A stretch of DNA of 64,000 nt from positions 2,933,370 through 2,997,369 of the forward strand of contig NC_058136.1 of NCBI RefSeq assembly GCF_016433145.1, given 5' to 3'. Source of the DNA: Gracilinanus agilis (Eukaryota). The notes beneath the pieces were generated by a model. It had not been told where the DNA came from and did not search any database. It was given only the letters and a program-made list of their open reading frames with translations. The translations under genes were made by a program, and so were the position numbers. This document shows positions 24,556-37,238 of this stretch, piece after piece (the stretch's first letter is position 1; the number at the start of each line of letters is the position of its first letter).

Positions 24556-27500
24556 ATAGATAATTGAGGAAATAACAGTACTCAACATGTATGCACCAAA
24601 TGGTATAGCATCCAAATTCCTAAAGGAGAAACTGGCAGAGCTCAAGAAGAAAATGGATAGTAAAACCATACTAATGGGAGATCTAAATATTCCTCTTTCA
24701 GATCTAGATAAATCAAACCAAAAACTAAATAAGAAAGAGAAAAGAGAGGTGAATGAAGTCCTAGAAAAATTAGATTTAATAGATATGTGGAGAAAAATAA
24801 ATAGGGACAAAAAGGAATACACCTTCTTTTCAGCTGAACATGGTACATTCACAAAGATTGACCATGTAGTAGGGCATAGAAACATTGCAAACAAATGCAA
24901 AAGAGCAGAAATAATAAATGTAAACTTCTCAGATCATAATGCAATAAAAATAATTAGTAAGAGCACCTGGACAGGCAAATCAAAAATTAATTGGAAATTA
25001 AATAATATGATTCTCCAAAAGCAGTTAGTTAAAGAAGAAATCATAGAAACAATCAATAATTTCATTGAAGAGAATGACAATGATGAGACATCCTACCAAA
25101 CTCTGTGGGATGCAGCTAAGGCAGTACTCAGGGGGAAATTTATATCCTTGAGTGCATGTATAAACACATTAGAGAGGGCAAAGATCAATGAACTGGGCAC
25201 GCAAATTAAAAAACTAGAAAAGGAACAAATTAAAAATCCCCAGCTAAAGACCAAATTAGAGATTATAAAAATTAAAGGAGAAATCAATAAAATTGAAAGT
25301 AAAAGAACTAATAAATAAGACTAGAAGCTGGTTCTTTGAAAAAACAAACAAAATAGACAAAGTACTGGTCAATCTAATTTAAAAAAGGAAAGAAGAAAAC
25401 CAAATCATCTGTATCAAAGATGAAAAGGGAGACCTCACCTCTAATGAAGAGGAAATCAAGGCAATCATTAAAAACTATTTCCCCCAATTATATGGCAATA
25501 AATATAGCAATCTAGGTGAGATGGATAAATATTTACAAAAATATAAATTGCTTAGATTAACAGTAGAAGAAATAGAATACCTAAATAATCCCATATCAGA
25601 AAAAGAAATTGAACAATCCATCAAAGAACCCCCTAAGAAAAAATCCCCAGGATCAGATGGATTCACAAGTAAATTCTATCAAACCTTCAAAGAACAACTA
25701 ATTCCAATACTATACAAACTATTTGACATAATAAGCAAAGAAGGAGTTCTACCAAACTCCTTTCATGATACAAATATGGTACTGATCCCAAAGCCAGGTA
25801 GATCAAAAACAGAGAATGAAAACTACAGAGCAATCTCCTTAATAAACATAGATGCAAAAATCTTAAACAGAATACTAGCAAAAAGACTCCAGCAAGTGAT
25901 CACAATTGTTATTCATTATGATCAGGTGAGATTTATACCAGGAATGCAAGGATGGTTCAACATCAGGAAAACCATTCACATAATTGACAATATCAACAAG
26001 CAAACCAACAAAAAAACACATGATTATCTCAATAGATGTTGAAAAAGCCTTTGACAAAATATAGCACCCATTCCTATTGAAAGCACTGGAAAGTATAGGA
26101 ATAGAAGGACCTTTCCTAAAAATAATAAACAGTATATATCTAAAACCATCAACAATCATCATTTGCAATGGGGATAAATTAGAAGCCTTCCCAATAAGAT
26201 CAGGCATGAAACAAGGATGCCCATTATCACCTCTATTATTTAACATTGTACTAGAAACACTAGCAGTAGCAATTAGAGAAGAAAAAGAAATTGAAAGTAT
26301 TAAAATGGGCAATGAGGAGACTAAGCTATCTCTCTTTGCAGATGATATGATGGTCTACTTTAAAATCCTAGAGAATCAACTAAAAAGCTAATAGAAATAA
26401 TCAACAACTTTAGCAAAGTTGCAGGATACAAAATAAATGCACATAAATCATCAGCATTTCTATATGTCTCCAACACATCATAGCAGCAAGAGAAACACCA
26501 TTTAAAATCACCCTAGGGGGGCAGCTGGGTAGCTCAGTGGATTGAGAGCCAGGCCTAGAGACGGGAGGTCCTAGGTTCAAATCCGGCCTCAGACACTTCC
26601 CAGCTGTGTGACCCTGAGCAGGTCACTTGGCCCCCATTGCCTACCCTTACCACTCTTCCACCTATGAGTCAATGCACAGAAGTTAAGGGTTTAAAATAAA
26701 AAAAAAGACCTAAAATCACCCTAGACAATATAAAATACTTAGGAATCTATCTACCAAAACAAACACAGGAATTATACGAACACAACTACAAAACACTTTC
26801 CAAACAATTAAAACTAGATCTAAACAATTGGAAAAACATTGATTGCTCATGGGTAGGATGAACTAATATAATAAAAATGACCATTCTACAAAAATTAATT
26901 TACCTATTTAGTGCCATACCTATAAAACTACCAAAAAACTTTTTTACTGAATTAGAAAAAATGATAACAAAGTTCATTTGGAAGAACAAAAGATCAAGAA
27001 TATCAAGGGAAATAATGAAAAAAACTGTGAAGGAAGGTGGCCTAGCAATTACAGATATTAAACTATACTATAAAGCAGCGGTCATCAAAACGATATGGTA
27101 CCGGCTAAGAGACAGAAGGGAGGGTCAGTGGAATAGACTTGGGGTAAGTGACCTCAGCAAGACAGTGCATGATAAACCCAAAGAGCCCAACTTTTGGGAC
27201 AAAAATCCACTATTTGACAAAAACTACTAGGAAAATTGGAAAACAATATGGGAGAGATTAGGTTTAGATCAACATCTCACACCCTACACCAAGATAAATT
27301 CAGAATGGGTGAATGACTTGAATATAATGAAGGAAACTATAAGTAAATTAAGTGAACACTGAAGAGTATACTTGTCAGATCTCTGGGAAAGGGAAAATTT
27401 TAAAACCAAGCAAGAATTAGAAAAAATTACAAAATGTAAAATAAATAATTTTGATTTAAAACGGTTTTGTACAAACAAAAACAATGCAACCAAAATCAGA

Positions 27501-28591
27501 AGGGAAACAACAAACTGGGAAAAAATCATTATAACAAAAAACTCTGACAGGGTTCTAATTACTCAAATATACAAGGAGCTAAATCAATTGTATAAAAAAT
27601 TAAGCCATTCCCCAATTGATAAATGGGCAAGGGACATGAATAGGCAATTTTCAGATAAAGAAATCAAAACTATCAATAAGCACATGAGAAAGTGTTCTAA
27701 ATCTCTAATAATTAGAGAAATGAAAATCAAAACAACTCTGAGGTATCACCTCACACCTAGCAGATTGGCTAAAATGAAAGAAGGGGAGAGTAATGAATGT
27801 TGGAGGGGATGTGGCAAAACTGGGGTATTAGTGCATTGCTGGTGGAGTTGTAAACTGATCCAACCATTCTGGTTGGCAATTTGCGACTATGCTCAAAGGG
27901 CTATAAAAGAATGCCTTCCCTTTGATCCAGCCATACCATTGTTGTGTTTGTACCCCAAAGAGATCATAGATAAACAGACTTGTATGAAAATATTTATAGC
28001 CGCGCTTTTTGTGGTGGCAAAAAACTGGAAAAGGAGGGTATGCCCTTCAATTGGGGAATGGCTGAACAAATTGTGGTATATGCTGGTGATGGAATACTAC
28101 TGTGCTCAAAGGAATAATAAACTGGAGGAATCCCATGTTAACTGGAAAGACCTCTAGGAATTGATGCAGAGCGAAAGGAGCAGAGCCAGAAGAACCTTGT
28201 ACACAGAGACTGATACACTGTGGTAAAATCGAATGTAATGGACGTCTGTACTAGCAGCAATGCAATGACCCAGGACAATTCTGAGGGATTTATGGAAAAG
28301 AAAGCTACTCACATTCAGAGGAAGAACTGCAGGAGTGGAAACACAGAAGAAAAACAACCACTTGAACACATGGGTTGATGTGGAAATGGTTGGGGATGTA
28401 GACTCGAAACCACCACACCAATGCAACTACCAATAATATGTAAATAAGTCTTGATTGATCACACATGTTAAAACCAGTGGAAATGTGCGTTGGATATTGG
28501 AGGGGGGGTGAAAGGGAAAGTAAAAACAAGAATCATGTAACCATGGAAAATTTTTCTAAAAAAATAAAATATTGAAATCTAAATTTAAAAA
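24556..28591 (+). mobile_element. 5'-truncated marsupial L1 with disrupted ORF2 (endonuclease, RT, C-terminal) and 3' UTR
   Basis: ORFs 24587..25318, 25521..26042, 26077..26391, 26877..27230 and 27372..28157 translate to L1 ORF2 pieces ([37 protein letters not shown]); 17-bp TSD aagacagaa(g/c)ggcaagg at 24539..24555 and 28592..28608; antisense to the gene. Confidence 0.97.
26517..26710 (+). mobile_element. Young SINE1 inserted in L1 ORF2
   Basis: ggggcagctgggtagctcagtgg...aagggtttaaaataaaaaaaaa; perfect 14-bp TSD taaaatcaccctag at 26503..26516 and 26711..26724. Confidence 0.95.
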
Positions 28592-30601
28592 AAGACAGAA
28601 CGGCAAGGGCTAGACAATGAGGGTTAAGTGACTTGCCCACGATCACACAGTTAGGAAGTATTTGAGGCTAAATTTGAGCCCAGGTCCTCCTGACTCCAGG
28701 CCTGGCACTTTATCTACTGTGTCACCTAGCTGCCCTCATCCAATATTCTTGTATGTCAAGATCTTTTCATATTTTGACTTTTAGATGTGTTAGTGATTCC
28801 AGCTTTGAGTTATCTGCCAATTTGATAAGTATATGCTAAGTCATTCCAAATAATATAGTATAGTAGAGGGTCAAGCATAAATCCCTGAGGCACTCCATTG
28901 GAGACCTTTGAATTTTATATCCAACTCTTCCTTGAGACCACCTCTCCAGCTCATATAATTCCATGTTTATCATATCAATTGCATGAAAGGATTGAACAAA
29001 TCCTTTACTAAATTCCAGGTGAGCTGTATATGCAAATTTCCCTTATAGACTAATAACTTCACCAAAAAAGGAAATGAGGTTAATCTGGCCTGTTCTGTTC
29101 TTGCTGAAGTCTTTATGATCACTGTAATCACTTTTTTTTGTCATCACTGGCTCCTAGCTGTCCACCAGCCATTTTTAAAATAACTTTCTAGAATTTTGCT
29201 GGGACCTAAAATCAAACTCATTGGCCTATAGTTTGCAGACTACAATCTTTTTTCTTTTTTGAAAATAGGAAGAATGACCATCTGTTCAGATCAAATAAAA
29301 ATTACAACAAAATTAACCTGACACACATTTAATGATACATTTAATCATTATTGGACTGTATGGTAATTAAATTGGTAAGCACTTTTCACAAATGACTAAA
29401 ATTAGAAAACTTTTTATAGAAGCAAGCCTATTTGGTGTATTGTTTTCTTTTCATTTTGTCAAATCTCTAGTGTCAATATTAACTGTCTTCCAGGGTACCT
29501 TGTGCCAAGTAATTATCACCATGACCACATACATTCAAAGACAATGGTCCTGGATCTTTCTTCTCAAAAGCTTGCGTTCCCTTGCTCAGGGGAGCTTGAC
29601 ATCCACCTTCTTCCCACTATGCCCCATTTCTCAGGGATTATAGAGTCATAAATTTGGAGCCAAAAGGGTCCTTAGAGTCAATGATTACAACTCTCTCATT
29701 TTATGGAAGAGGAAACTGAGGTCTAGGGAGGTGAAAGTCTAGGACCACACAGCTAGTATCTGAGGCAGGGTCTGAGCTCAGATATTCCTGACTCCAAATT
29801 GAGAGTGCTTTCCATTATATCATGATCCTTTCCCAGTACCCACCCAACCCCATGGCTCTTTATTTCTGTACCAGCTGTCCTAGGAACTAGAGGGTTTGAG
29901 ATAGCAGAAGCTTTGGCCCCTGAGGAACTAGATCATCTTCTGCCATGAGAGAAAGAAGATTTTAAGAAGAGTGTGTATATATATACATATATATACCATG
30001 GTATATGGTACTAAGAAAAAAAAGAGCACAATAAAAATTGAATCTGTCTGGTTTCTTGGCATTGCTTACCTTGTCTTGATGTAGACATAGAAGAGCAAAA
30101 AAGGATAAGCAGTCTGCTTGGTACTAGTTCTGTAGTTAATAGGCCAGGGTTGATATCTTACCTCTAATGCTCTGATCTTTGGGAAAGATCTCTCTGAGCA
30201 TCATTTCCCACTTTGTAAAATGAGGGGGTTAGCTTGTGAGATGGTATCTGAGGGACCTTCCAGTTCTCAGTTTAAGATCCTATAATCCAAGGTTCTGAAC
30301 CCAAATACGAAACTGTAGAGCAATTTAAATAGGAATTCAGACACACAGGTAAAAATGGTAGCTGATATAGGATAAGCTTAAATGGTGTTTTTCTATGAAT
30401 GTTATTTTACTTTTGTTTCACTGCCTAAAAGATTTTAACACAATTCACAACCCTAATTTATGAGGGCAATTGCTCTCCTGGTGTAGCAATTAATCAACAA
30501 ACAAGCATTTATTAGGGATCTTCTATGTGTGAGGTGCTGAACAAAGTGCTGGCATTCCAAAGGAAGGCAAAAACTGGGTCCCTTTTGGATCATGAACCAA
30601 C

Positions 30602-30745
30602 CTGAAATGGTGATCAGCACATTGAGTCCTTCCAAGACGTCAATTTGCTGAAATCGGCGTCTACTTATCAGAGAGTAAACTCTTCCCTGGCCACTTCTAT
30701 CCAGTAGCCACAGCCCGCTCTCAGTTCCTACCAGCAGATTGACAC
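30602..30745 (-). CDS. CNH-domain exon
   Basis: gttttctatgtccag|GT ... TCA G|gttggt; 144 nt, phase 1 to 1; (G)[47 protein letters not shown]. Confidence 0.96.
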
Positions 30746-30920
30746 CTGGACATAGAAAACAAGATTCTTAGTTAGCTTACATTGCCTTATCAATTTGTCT
30801 TGATGTTGACTTTCCTTTTGCTCTTCCTATTTACTGATATTCTTGAAAGGTGATTCTTAAAATTTCATTCAGTGTTTCCCAACCATGGACCTCTGGCAAA
30901 TTTTTATAGGTTCATAAAAC

Positions 30921-31105
30921 CTTTTAAAAAAGTATTACCTTCTGTATTAGGATTGATATTGATTCTAAGAGAAGAATGGTAAGAGCTAAGCAATGGAGGT
31001 TAAGCCCAGAGTCACCTAGCTAGGAAGTGTCCAAGTTCACATTTGAACCCAGGTCCTCCCGTCTCTAGGCCTGGTTCTCTATCCACTGTGCTATCTAGCT
31101 GCCCC
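30921..31105 (-). mobile_element. SINE1-type, older
   Basis: tattaccttctgtattagg...ctatctagctgcccc; TSD gttcataaaac at 30910..30920 and 31108..31118. Confidence 0.8.
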
Positions 31106-31331
31106 AAGTTCATAAAACTTTGATTAGCAAAGATCTTTATTTCTTCAAACATCTATAATATACTTTGAAAAATGGATCTTGGTGATTCTTATTGTATTTG
31201 ACTCCTCCTGCTCCCCAGCTCTCAGTTAAATCTTGGCAAGCCTTGGAGAGTGAGAAGTAGGAAATACAGAAACTCTGCCTGAAACTGCCCTAGGCTCTAT
31301 GATATGATGATGAAGATGATGATAACATTTT

Positions 31332-31448
31332 TAGCATTTTTTAAATTTTATTTTTTAGAAAAATTTTCCATGCTTCCATGTTCTTACTTTCCCCTTCACC
31401 CCTCAACCCCCCATAGCCAAGATGCATTTCCACTGGTTTTAACATGTG
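31332..31448 (-). mobile_element. L1 3' stub inside a MIR
   Basis: Reverse L1 3' UTR (aaaaattttccatg...catttccactggttttaacatgtg); TSD tgatgataacatttt at 31317..31331 and 31449..31463. Confidence 0.85.
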
Positions 31449-32746
31449 TGATGATAACATTTTAAAGTTTTCAAAATGCTTTACCAATTTTATCTCATTT
31501 GATCCTCACAACAAACTTGCAAGGTAGATAATATTATTATCCTCCTTTTCCAGATGAGGAAACTGAAGCAGAAGCTAACTGACTTGCCCAGGTTCACACA
31601 ACTAGTAAATGTCTGAAAGTGGATTTGAATTCAGGCCTTCCTGACTCCAATGAATTCAGCCACTGTGCCAGCTGAGCATTGTAGTTTGAAGAATAATATT
31701 CCATCACACTTCTTTGTAACTGACCATAGAATTCATGAAAGATTATAGAAGTAACATGCTTCTGAAAATGCATCTGAACATTTTTGTTGGATGTCATCTG
31801 ATGGACTGGCTCAGAAAAAGAACTTAGGATGCCTTTTGATACTCTTTATCAAAATCTGTCAGCTAATGGCTTTAATACTTTTGGAATATTTCTTTATTTT
31901 AAAAAGAACTAATACTAAACTACTTTTTCCTTAGGGGAAAACCAACAACAATAATACCCCAATACCAAGTACCCATGAAATCAATTTCCCACTGACATTT
32001 CTTTAGGTTGAACCTAATACATGATAAGTTCTGTTGATTTTTGTATTTGCCCCCTAAAATCAAGACAAAAATATCAAAATGAAAAGTGAAACTAAAGTAA
32101 TTAAAACAAGATTATTTTGAGAGTCAATGAAGTGCAATGGAAACCGTATTGGCTAAGTAGATTAAAATTGGAAAGTGGCACAAGATCTGGGGTCAGAGTA
32201 GCAGGTACATGACCTGGAACAAGTAATTTAAGTCACTTGATCTCTCGAACTCAGTTTTCTTATCTGTAAAATAGAGATAATCATTCCTTCATCACCTCTA
32301 AGTGGGACAAGGAGGAGGTAGGGATGAACATTGGTGGGAAAGTATTGAGGTAATATTGTGGATATCCCAGTGTTGGTGGTTAGAGAACAATTACTAGGGT
32401 CCAGGGAAAGAGGCTATGTCTCAAGTTGTAAAAAGAGAGATTCAACAAGCTGCGTGATGATCAATGGTATTAGTTTAAAATTGGGGAGACAGCAGGCAAC
32501 ATGGAAGAACCCACAACAAAGGGGAATAGAGAAGGTTAGGGAAATGATGGTTCGTCTCATCTCTCCTTCCTACTCCACTGTTTTGGCATTGGTCACTTGA
32601 GACCATGAAGTGAGGGCTCTAAGCATAGGAAAAGTGATGATTCTATTATGAGTTTCCATGGAGAAAAGAGCAGTTTCCCCTAGCTTAGCCTCCCATTCTT
32701 CTCTGCCTTCAGGTCTGGATTAATGGTATGATCAGGAAAACAGGAA

Positions 32747-32778
32747 GATGGATGGATGGATGGATGGATGGATGGATG
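32747..32778. repeat. (GATG)8 microsatellite
   Basis: Eight perfect copies counted. Confidence 0.95.
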
Positions 32779-32799
32779 GGGAGAATGAGTTGATTTTGA

Positions 32800-33250
32800 C
32801 TATTTACACACACAGAAATGTATCTTTTTGGTTTGAAATTATACAAATTATGATTAGTACCCTTCAACTGGGAAATGGCTAAATGCATTTTGGTACTTAA
32901 ATGTAATGGTATATTATATAAGAATTGATGAATATGAAGAAAACACAGGAGCATGGGAAAATTTACATGAACTGATACAGAATAAGGAAGCAAAGTCAGG
33001 ACAACAATGTATATAAAAACTACAACAATGTAAACAGAAAGAATGACAGCAAGAAAGGAAAGTGAATGATGTATATATAGCTATAATGACAGAGCTTGGT
33101 CCTTGAAATGAATTAAGAAAATGCAACTCTCTCTTTGCAGAGGGGGAAGCCTAGGGATATACAATATTGCATGTATTGTCAAAGTGTTTTTTGTTGGATT
33201 GGTTCTTTTCCCCGTGTTTCTTTTTTCTTTTTTCCATACGAGGTTTTGAA
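32800..33250 (+). mobile_element. Old L1 3' fragment
   Basis: aatggtatattatataagaattgatgaatatgaag...atgggaaaatttacatgaactgatacag. Confidence 0.55.
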
Positions 33251-33696
33251 AGATATATGTGATCAAACTTATCTCCCTCCCTCCCTTGCCCTCCCTGTCC
33301 TGGTACTGGCAAACAATTCGATCTAGGTTAAACTTATTTCCATATTGTTCGTTTTTGTAAGCAATTAATCTTATAAAACCTCTTTTTTGTTCTTTATGGA
33401 TATACTCAGAAACGATAGAGATGTAAAAGCAAAAAAACAAATATATATATATATGCATATATATAACATACATATATATGTTTCTAAATGAGTACCTATA
33501 TTACTGAAGTCATCAGGCTTCCAATGTACCTATTCAGACAATTATTTCTGACTAACTTCGTCACTGTCAACAAATGTTCTTTGATTGACAGAGAGAATTG
33601 GGGGAAAAATGACTTAATTCTCTAATTTCCACAGGGTTGGGACCCTTTGTAAAGGGAGACACTCAGTTTGGACAAGCTCAAAAAGGACTAGCTCAC

Positions 33697-33846
33697 CCCA
33701 CAAAGCTGCACAGAGAACCTCGGAGCTGAACTTCTTTTTGTACTTGCGGATTTCTGGGCTGTCACTCTGTGGGCGGGCGTTGATGGGATTGACATTGACG
33801 ACAGAGGCTTTTCTCCTATTCCTTCGAAACTCAGGTTTCTCTTCAA
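33697..33846 (-). CDS. Exon encoding the start of the CNH domain
   Basis: cttctttttttcaacag|TT ... TGG G|gtgagc; 150 nt, phase 1 to 1; [49 protein letters not shown](G). Confidence 0.97.
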
Positions 33847-34079
33847 CTGTTGAAAAAAAAGAAGTTGTCAAAGATGTTGATCATCCATTCTGCAGCATCT
33901 TGAGTTACTTATTTCAGCATTGGGCAGAGAATAATTCTATGGATTCAGTGGCAATCAATTCCCATTATTCGAATTTATATTGAATATTTCTACTGGGCTA
34001 GAACCTATTACCATATTTTGTGTGATTACACTAATTGGAGATCTTGTTGTATGTGCAAATGACATAAACCATGCCCTCC

Positions 34080-34530
34080 AAGAGTAGAGAGAGAACAAGT
34101 ACACATCAGAATATGGTGAGTATGGAAAGAGAGATCATGTAGGACAGGAGATATCAGGGAAGGCAATGAGAAAGAGGCAACACTTGAGCTGGGTCAGGAG
34201 GGGATGGAAGGGGATTGGGGGAGGGAAAAGATTGCAACAGGTGCAAATCTTGGGGGAGGCAGTTGAGAGGGAAAGAGTCCTTTCCAAGCATGATGATGAG
34301 GTCAGAAACCATGAAGAACAAGTCAAGATGAAGGTATTTCAGGATACTGTGATCAGTGTGCCATGGCCATCCTTAGTCACAAACAATGTGTGACTGTTAT
34401 GTCTCATCAATCAATCAATGAACAAGCATTCATTGAGCACCTCTCCTGAGCTAGGGCCTGTGCTAGGTGTTGGAGACACAAAGATAAAAGGGAAATTATG
34501 TCCCTATCCTTAAAGAGGCTATATCCAAAT
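34080..34530 (-). mobile_element. L2 3' fragments
   Basis: caatcaatcaatgaacaagcattcattgagcacctc...gtgctaggtgttggagacacaaag, the reverse L2 tail. Confidence 0.55.
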
Positions 34531-34699
34531 GAAAATGGAAAAATCCATTGTAATTGTAGTTTGTCTGTCATGGGACAGATGTTTGGTATCACATATCTCT
34601 GTCCCACCACAAAACCAGCCTGACTTCATTTGTCCCTTGAAAATTAAGATTCCCTAATTCCCTTAAATGCCACCACAACTGGAGAACAGTAAATAATTT

Positions 34700-35010
34700 C
34701 TTTAAAATTTTATTTTCAGTTCTACATTCTCTCTCTCCCACCCACTGCGAAGGCAAGATATATGATACCCATTTCTACATATGAAATTAAGAAAAACAGA
34801 TTTCCATATTAACTATATTTTTTAAACAGCAAGAAGAGTGAGAAAATTAGACCTCAATTTACACTCAAGAGTTCGCTAGTTCTGTATCTGAGGGTAGATA
34901 GCATTTTTCATGACGAGTCCTTTGGAATTATCTTGGATCATCATATTGATTGGAGTAGCTAAGTCTTTTCTCAGTTGGTTGTTGTTACAACATTGCTGTT
35001 ACTGTAGTGT
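34700..35010 (-). mobile_element. Old L1 3' UTR fragment
   Basis: ttctgtatctgagggtagatagcatttttcatgacgagtcctttggaattatcttggatcatcatattg. Confidence 0.55.
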
Positions 35011-35293
35011 GTTTAATAAGTAATGGCAATGAGGGGAGGCAGTGGTGTAGAGTCTGTAGGTCTTAGAGTCTGGGCTTCAGGTTCCACTTCTAACACATAT
35101 TGGCTATGAATAAATCATTTCACCTCTTTGGGCCTCTAGACAACTCTAATATTCTGAGTTCCAGAAGGGGTATTGATCTGAACCTGGTCTTATACCCACC
35201 CACATCTATGAAATCACAGGTAATGGCCAATCCACTGCTTCTTCACCCACATAAAGACTGTAACATATCTGAGATCATGACAGGCATACTTAC

Positions 35294-35423
35294 AGGAACC
35301 AAAGATACGTCTAGAAGGACTGGAAGGTGGTGTGAACTGCAGAAGTTTGGGATCCAAAAATGAGGTGAAAGATGAAGTAGAGGAGGTAATGCTTTTGGTT
35401 GGTTTGCTTTTAGGACTTGCAAT
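35294..35423 (-). CDS. Intermediate-region exon (SFTPFxDP-motif homologue)
   Basis: tgctttgaatcctag|ATT ... TCC T|gtaagt; 130 nt, phase 0 to 1; IASPKSKPTKSITSSTSSFTSFLDPKLLQFTPPSSPSRRIFGS; resembles MAP4K4 SSSFTPFIDPRLLQ; phase fits the next exon. Confidence 0.88.
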
Positions 35424-36960
35424 CTAGGATTCAAAGCAGGACATAGCATTAGAAGGAGGCAGTCCTCTCAGCTTAGGATATACATGGCTAAGGGAATAGA
35501 AGCTTTCAACATTTGCTGTTTAACCTACCCACTGAACCTGGAGCCTCATGCAGGGAGTGACTCCCTAGCCCTCCAGCTGTGGGGCATCAAGTCCTTAAAG
35601 CATGCATTTGCATGGAGCAAAGGTAACAGTGTGGAAAAAAAGGCATATTCCAATTCTGCAGCCTGAACATGCAGCCCTTACATTGATTTAGAGAAAAAGA
35701 ACTCTAGGGGATAGGGAAGGGGGCAAAGAAAAGGAAGAACCCAGGAAAGAGATAATGGAGAATTTATACATGATTTTGTACTCTACACCAACTGCCAGTG
35801 GGAGACGTTATATTGTGTTGTCCTAATGCTGTTTGGTTTCATACAGCTCCCTACCCTTAAAGTGCCATGCTCCAAGGCAGCATGTCTCCTTTTAAAAACT
35901 AAATAAAGCAAATGAAAACCAAATCAGGAATAAAAAGGCATACATATGCCTTTGGGAATTTCATAATGGGCCTTAAGATAAATGGAAACATGTAAGGTAA
36001 TGTGGTATAGTAGAAAGAGCAGTGGGTTTGGAGCTGGTGGGTTCAAATCCCAGCTTTGCCACTGACTATGAATGTGACCTTGAGCAAGTCACTTAACTCA
36101 TCTGTAGAATGAGTTGATTGGCCTAGCTGACCTCTAAGGTCCTTTCCAGCTCTAGATCCAGGTTCCTAGGGGTGTCCTTGGCCAAGTCCTTTTCCCTTTC
36201 TAGGCCTCAGTTTCTTCCTCCGTAAAATGAGGGGTTGGCCTAGAGGTCTCTGCTAGCTCTAATCTTTTGTGGGACCTTGGACAAGTCTTTCCCCTTCCCC
36301 ATGACCATCAGTGTATAGTGAGGGGGTTGGTCTGAATGGTCTCTGAGGTTCCTCCCAGCTTTTGTTCTATGACTCAATGACCCTGAAATGTTGCAAAGTG
36401 AGCATTGTGATTCCTTGCTTTAAAATCCCATATCCTTACTCCTCTGCTCTGCCATGGACAAATATTCTTTGGAACGGTCACTGTACAAAGGGGTTGACTG
36501 GTTAGGTAATAGTTAATTTAGAGACAGGTAATTTCTTTGCTTCTAAGGATCTTCCTAGTTAGGAAACTCTATCTTCCAATGCAGGTTGGCACCTTCTCTG
36601 CAGTTTCTGGTCTTAGAGTTGCCTAGCATACTGAGGAGTTAAGTGACTTGTCCAAGGTTTTTCAGCCAGTACATGTCAGAGATGTGTCTTGAGACAATAA
36701 TCATGACCTTCATTTGGACAATGCTAAGAGGTTTCTGAGTGCGTGAAGCTGTGACAAACCCATTCTCTTATTTTCTCCCATACCAGTAGCACCCACCTCA
36801 CAGGACTGCTGCACAGTTCAAATGAGTTAATGTAGATAAAGCACTTTCCAAGTTTAAAGCCTCAAACAAGCTTCAGTTACGCTCATATTAACATAATACT
36901 AGGCATCAGCAGAAGCAAATTGAGCATGCCCGGGGGCCATGACTTCAAAGGCACATGTAC

Positions 36961-37097
36961 CCCTCCTGCAGAATCCTGGACCCCTCTGGGCCTTCGTGAA
37001 TTGATGTAGTGAGCTGCTCTGTCAACCGGGACCATATGGGAAGCCTTTCCAGAGCCTTCGAGAAGCTGGCATCAGAGGAGGAGGACTTGAGGAGATA
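36961..37097 (-). CDS. Candidate alternative exon
   Basis: ccagtgttttcag|TAT ... GAG GG|gtacat; open phase 0 to 2 (YLLKSSSSDASFSKALERLPIWSRLTEQLTTSIHEGPEGSRILQE); retains CpGs; needs a non-default acceptor at 35415 to keep frame. Confidence 0.3.
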
Positions 37098-37203
37098 CTG
37101 AAAACACTGGGGCCCTGTTGGATACCTGATTCTAGGTGGTTTGATGTCAGAGACAATTTGTAAAAAGAAGATGAGAGTTGCTATACTGCATGTAGGTTCA
37201 AGT

Positions 37204-37207
37204 AAAA

Positions 37208-37238
<31 letters not shown>
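37204..37238. repeat. A13 followed by (TA)11
   Basis: Directly read. Confidence 0.9.

Larger units (their letters stand above)
24515..28735 (-). mobile_element. Older CORE-SINE hosting the L1 (pieces 24515..24555 and 28592..28735)
   Basis: tagtaacaactctaagacagaagggcaagg | gctagacaatgagggttaagtgacttgccc...cacctagctgccc reads as one SINE once the L1 is removed. Confidence 0.75.
23690..29260 (-). mobile_element. L3/CR1 element split by SINE and L1 (pieces about 23690..24514 and 28736..29260)
   Basis: Sequence either side of the insert continues collinearly with the L3 copy at about 2990..3110 (gattattttgaacc...ttatatt | gatc...tgtgttag...ccagctttg...atctg). Confidence 0.6.

Noticed and set aside
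24587-28157. Active L1 or domesticated reverse transcriptase
   Set aside because: ORF2 is 5'-truncated, broken by stops and frameshifts, and interrupted by a SINE; there is no ORF1 or promoter.
24487-28529. Minus-strand ORFs (24487..24900, 25875..26312, 28154..28426 and others)
   Set aside because: They are antisense shadows of L1 ORF2 and its 3' UTR, not genes.
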